The notes: generated from the sequence alone by a model not told the origin. A stretch of DNA of 64,000 nucleotides from a bacterium (GCA_963693055.1 OY843751.1:2336001-2400000); one strand, 5' to 3'; shown: positions 19,317 to 28,317, counted from the first letter of the stretch. A program made the numbers and translations.

Positions 19317-20133
19317 ACCTTTGACTAAAGAACAAATTCAACTCAAAAAAATGAGACGACTTAAAGATAAAGATCTCAAGCAGTTACTACTGTACAACTT
19401 TTTGAATAGCTATGGCTATGACAAAGGAGCCATCACTGCCAATGCCATCATTGATGATATCCTTAAAATCATTGATGACTATTTCCTTGTCTCCTCTATT
19501 GATGATGACTTGCACCATATTCACTATGGGCAACTCGTCTGGATGGCTGTTCCTGTCGATGAATACCCCAAACGCGGAAAAAGTATTGCCGCTACCCGAA
19601 TGAAACCCGTTGTCCTCTCTTTCATTACTGATCAGGATACTTCTCATATCGCGCATGGTTTTGATTCCAAAACTTTAAGGAAAAGACGCCTCAAACGTTG
19701 GGTTGATGAAGCTTTTGATCAAGGTGCTCTGCTTACTCAACTTGACCTGGCTATGTTACTCGGTGTCTGTGATGCCGTTGTCAGTAAATATGTAAATGAA
19801 ATCCAAAAAGAAGGGCATCTCTTACCAACGCGTGGCAACATCCATGATCTTTCCGGCGCTATTACTCATAAACGCGAAATTATCACTCTGTATCTTGAGG
19901 GATATCTCACTCCCGAAATCGCTTTGAAAACCAAACACAGCAACGAAGCGGTTGACAGGTATATCAAAGATTACCATCGTGTTGAATTACTTTGGAAGCA
20001 TGACATTAAAAACCTTGATCAAATCAGCCAGCTGGCAAGACTTTCCAAACGTGTCATACAACAATATGTTGATCTTTTGCCTGATAAAATTAAAAATCAA
20101 AGGAGTCAGTTGAATCTTTCAAAGAACAATTAG
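19309..20133 (+). CDS. DUF1670-like protein B, paralog of A
   Basis: 'AFDQGALLTQLDLAMLL', 'PTRG', 'HKREIITLYLEG', 'HSNEAVDRY'; RBS AGGAGG at 19295-19300; ATG overlaps the end of ORF A. Confidence 0.8.
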   Translation: MSKPLTKEQIQLKKMRRLKDKDLKQLLLYNFLNSYGYDKGAITANAIIDDILKIIDDYFLVSSIDDDLHHIHYGQLVWMAVPVDEYPKRGKSIAATRMKPVVLSFITDQDTSHIAHGFDSKTLRKRRLKRWVDEAFDQGALLTQLDLAMLLGVCDAVVSKYVNEIQKEGHLLPTRGNIHDLSGAITHKREIITLYLEGYLTPEIALKTKHSNEAVDRYIKDYHRVELLWKHDIKNLDQISQLARLSKRVIQQYVDLLPDKIKNQRSQLNLSKNN

Positions 20134-20162
20134 TTGCTTTTATATTTCCCTTTTATTACTTT
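20134..20162 (+). promoter_or_regulatory. Outward-facing sigma70-like promoter near the right end of the element
   Basis: TTGCTT (20134-39), 17-bp spacer, TACTTT (20157-62). Confidence 0.4.
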
Positions 20163-20240
20163 CAGAATGACAGATCACCAAATTTATTAATGATCTGACG
20201 CTCCGTTGTATTTTTAGGGGGTTTTATAAATTTCTTTTTC

Positions 20241-20255
20241 TCCTCTGGTCATATG
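20241..20255 (-). repeat. Right terminal inverted repeat (TCCTCTGGTCATATG)
   Basis: Reads CATATGACCAGAGGA on the minus strand. Confidence 0.85.
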
Positions 20256-20258
20256 ATA

Positions 20259-21080
20259 CTATTTTAACAAACTTAATTTTTGGGTTTTAGAAAATTGATC
20301 TCCTATGACAGTGACAAAGTAAATACCCGAAGCGCAACTGTTTCCCAGGTCATTAGTACCATTCCAATTCAATTCAAATGATTGATTTATATAGTTTTCT
20401 ACTAATAGTGTTTTTATTTTTTTTCCTGTAATATCATAAATGTAAACTGATATATTTTGAGGTTTTAAAAGTTCTGCTCTGATTTTTGTACCGGCATTAA
20501 AGGGATTGGGGTAAGCACTTAATAATGATAACGTTTCCGGCTGTCTGGATTTGTTGATTCCACTGACAACGTCTGATACAGTTATTTTGATGAGTACGTC
20601 TCTGTCATTATAAGGCTGCCAGCCACAACAATCATGAAAAAATAGCCTGTCTGTTATAGGTTCATTAAATTCGCAACCAAAAGAAACAAAAAAAGTACTT
20701 TCTATTTCAAAAGAAACCGCAATATCACAATCTAAGATAATGTTTTTATCACTTAAAACTATTTCATTCCAGCCGGTCTGTGAAGCAGTTACAGATAACG
20801 GTCCAAAAAATTCTACACTTGGCATTTTTTCATTTATATCATACAAATACAAGTTGAAGGTATTTCCTTCATCCAGTGATTCTACATAGTATTCAATCTT
20901 TTGCAACTGGCATTCACCGGTTATATCAAATCGTGTAGCTAATTTCTGAAGAAACGGGATATTGAATTTGGCTTCAATATTTGGATTACCATTGTAATAT
21001 GAAATTACCTGTTCAACTTGTGTAAATGCCAATTGTGTCGCTAATAAAATTAAACCTGCTACTAATTTCCAGTTTTGCAT
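20259..21080 (-). CDS. Secreted protein with T9SS/FlgD-type C-terminal domain
   Basis: Signal peptide; 'AYPNPFNAGT...WNGTN..G..CASGIYF...KLSLLK'. Confidence 0.85.
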   Translation of the reverse strand: MQNWKLVAGLILLATQLAFTQVEQVISYYNGNPNIEAKFNIPFLQKLATRFDITGECQLQKIEYYVESLDEGNTFNLYLYDINEKMPSVEFFGPLSVTASQTGWNEIVLSDKNIILDCDIAVSFEIESTFFVSFGCEFNEPITDRLFFHDCCGWQPYNDRDVLIKITVSDVVSGINKSRQPETLSLLSAYPNPFNAGTKIRAELLKPQNISVYIYDITGKKIKTLLVENYINQSFELNWNGTNDLGNSCASGIYFVTVIGDQFSKTQKLSLLK

Positions 21081-21098
21081 AATCAGATCCTTTTCGAT

Positions 21099-22400
21099 TC
21101 AATATGAGAACCACATACCAAACAGCATTCCTGTTAATGTTGACATGATTACTACCAGTGAAATAAAAACAACCGTCTTTTTTAATCCCATAATTTTATT
21201 TATAACAAGCATATTGGGTAATGACAATGCCGGTCCTGCAAGAAGCAACGCTAAAGCAGGCCCTTTTGCCATTCCGCCGGCAATTAATCCTTGTAATATG
21301 GGTATTTCAGTTAATGTAGCGAAATACATAAATGCGCCCACAACTGAAGCAAAAAAGTTTGCAAAAAATGAATTATCACCCACAAACATGATGATCCATT
21401 TACTACTAATTAAACCTTCACTGCCAGGAGACCCTAATAAAAATCCAGCAACGAGTACTCCCATTGCAAGCAGGGGGAGGATCTGTTTCGCAAATCCCCA
21501 ACTAGATTCCATCCATTCCGCAGCATCGCCTTTGTTAATTGATAATATGATTGTCAAGCCGATGACAGCAATTAAAAATGGAACAAGTGGTTGTGAAACC
21601 AACAAAGCTGTTACAATTGTTATGATTGATAAAAGGAGTACATGAAATATTTTAATATTTAAAACGTATACAAGAGAAAAAGCAAAGAGAACTCCGAATC
21701 CTGCAGTAATAAACCATTTATTGCTCCAGATAAAGTTCCACAAGCCTGTCGATTCTGCCGGTTTGCCCCAGTTTACAAAGATCAAAATGGCAACCAAGAT
21801 AAAGAAATGAAAAGCTGTTTTCCACAAGGGACGTTCATTTCCGCTATCATGCAAAATAACCTGGCTTTTTTCTTTTTCCCGCTCTTCTTTAATAAAAAAG
21901 AGATGCATAAGTAATCCAATTACAATACTAAAAACTATTGCACCGATAATTCGGGCAATGCCCAGTTCAAAACCCAGAATCCTGGCAGTTAGTATAATGG
22001 CAAGAATATTAATAGCCGGGCCTGAATAAAGAAATGCAACTGCTGGTCCTAAACCGGCACCACGTTGATATATGCTTGCAAAAAGGGGGAGGATTGTACA
22101 AGAACAAACAGCAAGAATAGATCCCGAAAGAGAAGCTACTAAATAGGCAATCCATTTTTTTGCCTGGACTCCCAGATATTTTATAACAGCAGACTGGCTG
22201 ATAAATACACTAATTACACCCGCTATAAAAAAGGCGGGTACAAGGCATAAAAGGACATGCTCACGGGCATACCATTTGAGTAAAACAAGTGATTCATTTA
22301 CAGCATTCAATAGCTGTGGTTTTTCCACAGGCAAGAAATATGCTGAAATAAAAAGTATTATAATCCATAAAAGTGGTTTTTTTTCATTTTTCCAGTTCAA
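21099..22400 (-). CDS. ArsP (DUF318) family permease
   Basis: 'EHVLLCLVPAFFIAG', 'AVCSCTILPLF' and 'MYFATLTE' motifs. Confidence 0.88.
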   Translation of the reverse strand: MNWKNEKKPLLWIIILFISAYFLPVEKPQLLNAVNESLVLLKWYAREHVLLCLVPAFFIAGVISVFISQSAVIKYLGVQAKKWIAYLVASLSGSILAVCSCTILPLFASIYQRGAGLGPAVAFLYSGPAINILAIILTARILGFELGIARIIGAIVFSIVIGLLMHLFFIKEEREKEKSQVILHDSGNERPLWKTAFHFFILVAILIFVNWGKPAESTGLWNFIWSNKWFITAGFGVLFAFSLVYVLNIKIFHVLLLSIITIVTALLVSQPLVPFLIAVIGLTIILSINKGDAAEWMESSWGFAKQILPLLAMGVLVAGFLLGSPGSEGLISSKWIIMFVGDNSFFANFFASVVGAFMYFATLTEIPILQGLIAGGMAKGPALALLLAGPALSLPNMLVINKIMGLKKTVVFISLVVIMSTLTGMLFGMWFSY

Positions 22401-22752
22401 TTTTATCTCCTAAACTACATAATTGGTTGCGATCCAGAGTTTCCGCAAGTTTTAAATCCATTTCAACAGTATGTGTATCTGATACTTTTTCATGCACAAG
22501 TGACAAAAGGGATGAAATTATAGGATCTTCCGTTTTGTCATTTATATAATAATTCACCCATTTTTGTTCTTTAATATCATAAATAAACCCTGCATTCCTT
22601 AATATTTGCAGATGTTTGGATACAGTTGAAGTTGCCAGTTGTAATACTGCTTGCATTTCACAAACACACATGGAACGTTTCTGCAACATTTTGAGAATAC
22701 GTATGCGGTTAGGATCGGAAAGTGCTTTAAATTTTTCTGTGATTTCTCTCAT
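22384..22752 (-). CDS. arsR: ArsR/SmtB family repressor
   Basis: 'FKALSDPNRIRIL', 'MCVCE' metalloid box, 'VSKHL..L'. Confidence 0.88.
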   Translation of the reverse strand: MREITEKFKALSDPNRIRILKMLQKRSMCVCEMQAVLQLATSTVSKHLQILRNAGFIYDIKEQKWVNYYINDKTEDPIISSLLSLVHEKVSDTHTVEMDLKLAETLDRNQLCSLGDKIELEK

Positions 22753-22760
22753 AGTCTTCC

Positions 22761-22806
22761 ATTTCGTTATTTGACGAAATATAGTAATATGATGTCAAAA
22801 AATCAA
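22761..22806 (-). promoter_or_regulatory. arsR promoter with overlapping palindromic operator
   Basis: Minus strand TTGATT-17bp-TATATT; inverted repeat ATTTCGT-N6-ACGAAAT at 22761-22780 just upstream of the start codon. Confidence 0.6.
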
Positions 22807-22845
22807 TAAAAAATTTAAGCAAGAGAATATATTAAGGGGGGGGAT

Positions 22846-22878
22846 AAAAAAAGCTACCCTTATTCAGGGCAGCTTTTA
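22846..22878 (-). terminator. Rho-independent terminator
   Basis: Minus strand AAAAGCTGCCCT...AGGGTAGCTTTTTT hairpin after the 22889-23857 gene. Confidence 0.75.
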
Positions 22879-22888
22879 GAATTGGATA

Positions 22889-23857
22889 TTACTGGATATA
22901 TTTTTCGTACATTGCTTCAAGTTCTTCCTGGGTTTTGGTGCCTTCGTACACAATCAATTTAAAGTGAAAAGTAGCACTTTGTCCCGGCTCCAATGTAAGA
23001 TTGTATGGAACAGGTTCCTGATCGCGACCTTTTTGGAAAACTGACTGACCCAATGGATTAGCAGCAAACAGACCATAATCACGTGCATGCCAGTAGGTCG
23101 GGTAATTATTGCTTTCAGGATGGTTGAAAATTGCAATACCATAAACTTTGTTGTCTTTTTTACCTTCCAGAGTAACCCATTTTGCACGAGTTGCCCAGAT
23201 GTTTTTTGCAGTGCGGTCACCATTTGAGCTCAGGTATTCACTGTTTCCACTTTTTTCTTTTAACCAGTGAGCAACACGAATTGCAAACATGCCTTCTTTG
23301 GTGTCATTAAAAACAACTTTATCATCCTGAGCTGTCAGAGTCATTTTCATGTCTACACAGTTTGCTGTACCATTGCTGCTGAAAACCATAGTGCGGTCTT
23401 CTTTTAAAATAGGTTTTTCATCCTTGTCAACCCATTGCATTACGGTACCCAAAGTACCGGTTTTTGCATCCATTTTGGTGGTTTCAAGATGTTGAATTTG
23501 TGGCGGAAAAGTAGTATTGTTCCAAAAACCATTTTCATTAACTTCATCATAGGTGAAAAAGATACCGGTATGATGAGGATGGTCATGACTTTCACCTTCA
23601 ACTTCTTCAAATGGGTACATGCGTGTTACAATTGTACCTGAAACAGATTCTACCGGAAAAAGAACCGGTTTAGTCAAGGTTGTTTTATCATATTTGTAGG
23701 ATGTGAAAAAGTTACCATCTACCAATACATCAATCTGATTTTCGCCCTCTACAAAAGAAATAGCGCGACCTGTTTTTTTCTGTGCCTCTTGAGTACTGCA
23801 GGCAACAAACATCATAGATACTGAAAATAGTACCATGACTAGCAGTGCTTTTTTCAT
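22889..23857 (-). CDS. Lipoprotein, PmoA-like/DUF6807 family
   Basis: Lipobox 'FVAC'; 'DHPHHTG', 'DTKEG', 'WHARDYGLFAANP'. Confidence 0.75.
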   Translation of the reverse strand: MKKALLVMVLFSVSMMFVACSTQEAQKKTGRAISFVEGENQIDVLVDGNFFTSYKYDKTTLTKPVLFPVESVSGTIVTRMYPFEEVEGESHDHPHHTGIFFTYDEVNENGFWNNTTFPPQIQHLETTKMDAKTGTLGTVMQWVDKDEKPILKEDRTMVFSSNGTANCVDMKMTLTAQDDKVVFNDTKEGMFAIRVAHWLKEKSGNSEYLSSNGDRTAKNIWATRAKWVTLEGKKDNKVYGIAIFNHPESNNYPTYWHARDYGLFAANPLGQSVFQKGRDQEPVPYNLTLEPGQSATFHFKLIVYEGTKTQEELEAMYEKYIQ

Positions 23858-23858
23858 G

Positions 23859-24383
23859 TTAACTCCTCCTTAGGATTGTATAGGTATTTTGAAAAATAGT
23901 AAATGAATTATTATCATATAAACTAAAGATTACATTATTTAAACTACTTTTTTTTTCTGAATAATCCAATACTGTTTTAAACATTATTTTTGCACATTTT
24001 TCAATTGGGTAGCCAAATATGCCCGTGCTGATTGCGGGAAACGCAATGGATTTAATCTCATACTTGTTTGCAAGTTCTAATGCTGAAAGGGTAGCAGATC
24101 TTAACTTGTTGTCTTCATCTCCAGAGCCCATGACTGGTCCCACCGCGTGTATAACATATTTTGCTTTTAATAAACCGCCTGATGTCATTGCAGCAGTGCC
24201 CGTTTTAACAATACCTTGGGTTTTGATCCATTCATTACTTTGCTTCTGTATCTCTGGACCGCCTTTGCGGGAGATTGCGCCCGCAACACCACCACCATGA
24301 GCTAGATGTTCATTGGCAGCGTTCACAATTGCATCTACATCTTGATCTGTAATATCAGCTTGAATTATATCTATTTTAATCAT
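23859..24383 (-). CDS. Macro domain protein (ADP-ribose binding/hydrolase)
   Basis: 'DAIVNAAN..L.HGGGVAGAI', 'VIHAVGP', 'PAISTGIFG'; start set at MIKIDII. Confidence 0.92.
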   Translation of the reverse strand: MIKIDIIQADITDQDVDAIVNAANEHLAHGGGVAGAISRKGGPEIQKQSNEWIKTQGIVKTGTAAMTSGGLLKAKYVIHAVGPVMGSGDEDNKLRSATLSALELANKYEIKSIAFPAISTGIFGYPIEKCAKIMFKTVLDYSEKKSSLNNVIFSLYDNNSFTIFQNTYTILRRS

Positions 24384-24393
24384 AAATGACGTC

Positions 24394-25704
24394 TTAATAA
24401 ATATAAATATTATTTGAATAAATCCATGGGTACCATTGGTCATCAAATTCCAGGTACGCGGTTATTCGGTAATTACCTGGAGTAATATTGTTTTTAAATT
24501 GATACGAGTACTTGTTTACCATAAAATCTAAAAGTGATCCGTTTTTATACAATTCAAACTTGACCGGAAAAGGAGAGACCGCCTGAATTGTGTTAACCTG
24601 CTCCAGTTTAACAGAATCCCCCAGGATCGCTGATAGTGAATTCTCGGCATTCAGGGTGAAAAATTGAAATCCTGTAGCATCTGCCAAATGATCAAACGAT
24701 ACAAATGAATGCGCCGCAACCAGGTTATTTTTAATTGCTCTGGTTGTTAATGTATCGCTGAATACATGGTCGTTCACAAAATGGAAGGAGCATTCATATG
24801 GATCTACGTCCCAACGAAAGGCCCAGCCGGTAACATCTGTCTTTTTTAACAGTATCTTTTCCAACAGTCCTGGTGATTTAACTGTAATTGTATGAGCATT
24901 CGGCCCCACCCATTCCACACTATCATCTGCAGTATATCTGGCTCTTATATTTTGATTGTTATGAGCATCTGGCGCGCCTATACCCGTAATGCGTCTGGTT
25001 TGGTTCAAGTGGTCCCAGTTTTTTAGAATTTCTGTTTGTATATCAAAGAATTCTCTAAAAGCCCAATGTCTGTATTTTTTACCTGTAATTGCTGCGTTAA
25101 TCAGAATTGGAACCAGGCTTTCTTCATCTTTAATGTCTGTATGGATATTATAAATTTCCATTCCCTGGTAATCTGTATTTTCCCAGTCGTGAGGTTCTTC
25201 CGTATGTATATAATAAACAAATCCACCATTCGTGATAACATTTTTAATTAACGAATCGGTATCTGTTTTCCAATCCAAAATAACTGTATCTAATGGATTA
25301 ATTCCCAAGCCGCTTTTTTCTGAGCCAGGTTCAATCAAGATGCCGTCATAGTTACCATAATAGCTGCGGGGAAAAGAGTCTTGATCGCAATGTGGATGAT
25401 CTGAGAAAAAGAGGAAATCCAGGTTTGCTTTCTTGGCAGCGGGTAGTATTTCATTGATATTGCCATGGCTGTCATGTGACCAAAAAGTATGTGAATGCAG
25501 AATTCCATTGAATGCTTTTAAGGGTATATATTGTTTGGGTGTTTTATATTTTAGCTGTAAAGCATGTTTTTGTTTTTCCAGACGGGGATAAGTAACCAGG
25601 CGACGCCATATTGAAGGGGCTGTGAAATAGAGGCCGATCAATAATATCAATATAACCAGTATAGAAAAAGCAAAACCAACAGTTTTTAAGATTTTTTTTA
25701 GCAA
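24394..25704 (-). CDS. Membrane-anchored PHP-like metallohydrolase
   Basis: N-terminal TM; 'LHSHT..SHD', 'SDH', 'DAH' and 'WIYSN' motifs. Confidence 0.65.
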   Translation of the reverse strand: MLKKILKTVGFAFSILVILILLIGLYFTAPSIWRRLVTYPRLEKQKHALQLKYKTPKQYIPLKAFNGILHSHTFWSHDSHGNINEILPAAKKANLDFLFFSDHPHCDQDSFPRSYYGNYDGILIEPGSEKSGLGINPLDTVILDWKTDTDSLIKNVITNGGFVYYIHTEEPHDWENTDYQGMEIYNIHTDIKDEESLVPILINAAITGKKYRHWAFREFFDIQTEILKNWDHLNQTRRITGIGAPDAHNNQNIRARYTADDSVEWVGPNAHTITVKSPGLLEKILLKKTDVTGWAFRWDVDPYECSFHFVNDHVFSDTLTTRAIKNNLVAAHSFVSFDHLADATGFQFFTLNAENSLSAILGDSVKLEQVNTIQAVSPFPVKFELYKNGSLLDFMVNKYSYQFKNNITPGNYRITAYLEFDDQWYPWIYSNNIYIY

Positions 25705-25953
25705 GACTATCCTGAATTATTTGGTATCAATGTTTTTAGAAAAAGTTGGAAAAGGTGTGATCTGAACTAACATATAACAAGTTACGAAATGTATGGATAT
25801 ATTAAAAGTGATTTATTTTAAATCCTTGAATAGTGATTATTTTTCAAAATTATACCAGATAATAAAGATTTAATATTTGTATTTTCTTTTATTTATTACC
25901 CCAATTCATTAATTTATCAAGATTATTTAACAATTTCAAATTGAGGAAAGCAT

Positions 25954-28245
25954 ATGAAACGCATTATTGGGCTATTCATGATTTTCATGTTGATCGTAAA
26001 CAGCTTTTCTGCCGATCATTGTATGTATAATGATCTGACAAGTTTTGTTAATCCATTAATTGGTACGGATTCTGAATTCAAATTATCAAATGGAAATACT
26101 TATCCTGCAATAGCTTTACCCTGGGGGATGAATTTTTGGACTCCCTACACTGCGGATATGGGAAATGGATGGCAGTATGCTTATAACGCTTACAAGATAA
26201 AAGGATTCAAGCAGACTCATCAACCTTCACCCTGGATTGGAGATTATGCTGCTTTCGCTTTAATGCCCTTAACCGGTGAATTGAAAATTGATCAGCAAGA
26301 GAGGGCTTCGTGGTTTAGTCACAAGCGGGAAACGGTTTTGCCTCATTATTATAAAGTATATTTGGGTGATTATGACATTTGGACAGAAATTGCTCCAACA
26401 GATCGCTCTGCTTGCTTTCGTTTCACTTTTCCGGAAGCAAATGAAGCTTATATATTAGTAGATGCTTTTTTTCAAGGTTCGTCAGTTACCGTAATGCCCA
26501 AAGAAAAAAAGATAATAGGTTACTGTTCAAATAACAGGGGCGGCGTACCTGATAATTTTAAAAATTATTTTGTGTTAACATTTGACAAAGAATTTGAAAT
26601 GGCTTCCACATGGGAAGATTCTACTGTTTATCCCAATACCTTGTCCCGAACGGGGGAGCATGTAGGAGCTGTTTTAAAATTCAAGACAAAACGTAATGAG
26701 CAGATCATTGCAAGAGTATCTTCTTCGTTTATTAGTGTTGAACAGGCTGAATTGAACCTAAAACGTGAACTAGGACTACAATCTTTTGATAAAGTGAAAA
26801 ATACAGCTCATAAAATTTGGAATAAAGAGCTCAACCGTATTCGTGTAACTGGTGGTAGTGATGACCAAAAGACAGTATTTTATACGGCATTGTACCGGAC
26901 CCTGCTTTTCCCGCGTAAATTTTGGGAACTGGATAAAGACGGTAATATAATGCACTATAGTCCATACAATGGTAAGGTTTTGCCAGGTTATATGTATACA
27001 GATAATGGATTTTGGGATACGTTTCGAGCTGTTTTTCCATTTTTTACGCTAATGTACCCCGAATTAAACAGCCAGATTATGCAGGGTTTGGTTAATACCT
27101 ATAAAGAAAGTGGTTGGCTGCCGGAATGGGCGAGTCCTGGACATCGGAATTGTATGATAGGATCTAATTCTGCCTCTTTGATAGCAGATTCATATCTAAA
27201 AGGAATACGGGGATATGATATTGAGACGTTGTACGAAGCTATTCTCAAGAATTCTGAGAATGAAGGGCCGTTAAAATCTGTTGGGCGTTTTGGTGTGAAA
27301 TATTATAATGAAATGGGGTATATACCCTATGATGTGGACATTAATGAAAATGTTGCACGCACTTTGGAATACAGCTATGATGATTTTGCAATCTGGAAAT
27401 TAGCTCAGTCTTTAAACAAGCCCCAAACTGAAATTGATCGTTTTGCTAAAAGAGCCCAATTTTATAACAATGTTTTTGACAAATCTACCAATTTTATGCG
27501 GGGTAAAAATAAAGATGGCTCGTGGCAAAGCCCCTTTGTGCCCGAAAAGTGGGGAGACGCGTTTACAGAAGGATGTGCGTGGCATTATACTTGGTCTGTT
27601 TTTCATGATCCGCAAGGTCTAATTGATCTTATGGGAGGTAAGGAGACTTTTGTCACAAAGCTCGATTCGGTTTTTACTGCGCCTCCGGATTTTGATTATT
27701 CTTATTATGGTATTCAAATACATGAAATTACGGAAATGGTTATTGCTGGTATGGGCCAATATGCACATGGCAATCAACCCATTCAACATGGAATTTATTT
27801 GTACAATTATGCCGGTGAACCCTGGAAAGCACAAAAAAAAGTGCGTGAGGTGATGGATCTGTTATACACACCTAAGCCGGATGGCCTATGCGGCGATGAA
27901 GACAATGGTCAAACATCTGCGTGGTATGTATTTTCTGCAATGGGATTTTATCCTGTATGCCCGGGCACAGATCAATATGTATTGGGTTCTCCATTATTTA
28001 ATAAAGTTGAAATGACACTTGAAAACGGTAATGTCTTTACAATAGATGCTGAGAATAATTGTAATTGCAATGTTTATATCCAAAATGCGGAATTGAATGG
28101 GAAATTGTATACCAAAAATTACCTCACTCATAAAACCATCCATGATGGTGGCGTATTAAATTTAGAAATGAGTAAAGAACCCAATATAAATCGAGGAATT
28201 GAAAACGAGGATCTACCATATTCTATGAGCAATGAACAAAAATAA
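25954..28245 (+). CDS. GH92 alpha-1,2-mannosidase
   Basis: 'VNPLIGT', 'GNTYP', 'HQPSPW', 'FWDTFR', 'HGNQP' and 'GDEDNGQTSAW' motifs. Confidence 0.95.
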   Translation: MKRIIGLFMIFMLIVNSFSADHCMYNDLTSFVNPLIGTDSEFKLSNGNTYPAIALPWGMNFWTPYTADMGNGWQYAYNAYKIKGFKQTHQPSPWIGDYAAFALMPLTGELKIDQQERASWFSHKRETVLPHYYKVYLGDYDIWTEIAPTDRSACFRFTFPEANEAYILVDAFFQGSSVTVMPKEKKIIGYCSNNRGGVPDNFKNYFVLTFDKEFEMASTWEDSTVYPNTLSRTGEHVGAVLKFKTKRNEQIIARVSSSFISVEQAELNLKRELGLQSFDKVKNTAHKIWNKELNRIRVTGGSDDQKTVFYTALYRTLLFPRKFWELDKDGNIMHYSPYNGKVLPGYMYTDNGFWDTFRAVFPFFTLMYPELNSQIMQGLVNTYKESGWLPEWASPGHRNCMIGSNSASLIADSYLKGIRGYDIETLYEAILKNSENEGPLKSVGRFGVKYYNEMGYIPYDVDINENVARTLEYSYDDFAIWKLAQSLNKPQTEIDRFAKRAQFYNNVFDKSTNFMRGKNKDGSWQSPFVPEKWGDAFTEGCAWHYTWSVFHDPQGLIDLMGGKETFVTKLDSVFTAPPDFDYSYYGIQIHEITEMVIAGMGQYAHGNQPIQHGIYLYNYAGEPWKAQKKVREVMDLLYTPKPDGLCGDEDNGQTSAWYVFSAMGFYPVCPGTDQYVLGSPLFNKVEMTLENGNVFTIDAENNCNCNVYIQNAELNGKLYTKNYLTHKTIHDGGVLNLEMSKEPNINRGIENEDLPYSMSNEQK

Positions 28246-28285
28246 ACTCATAGGTTTCACAATTTAACAAGCTGCCAATAGATAC

Positions 28286-28317
28286 AAAAAAAGCCTCTTT
28301 TTAAGAGGCTTTTTTTG
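28286..28317. terminator. Bidirectional terminator
   Basis: A-tract, GCCTCTT...AAGAGGC, T-tract, between the GH92 gene and the convergent tRNA. Confidence 0.85.

Larger units (their letters stand above)
18424..20255 (+). mobile_element. Putative IS-like element encoding two DUF1670-like proteins
   Basis: 15-bp inverted termini (14/15 match); CATATG at both ends; two paralogous ORFs on the strand opposite the flanking gene run; removing it leaves a 45-bp intergenic gap. Confidence 0.7.

Noticed and set aside
20163-20240. Bridge-RNA-like guide segments matching the target or donor in the element's right end
   Set aside because: I found no convincing match to the flanks or ends by eye; only the promoter-like site and hairpin are reported.
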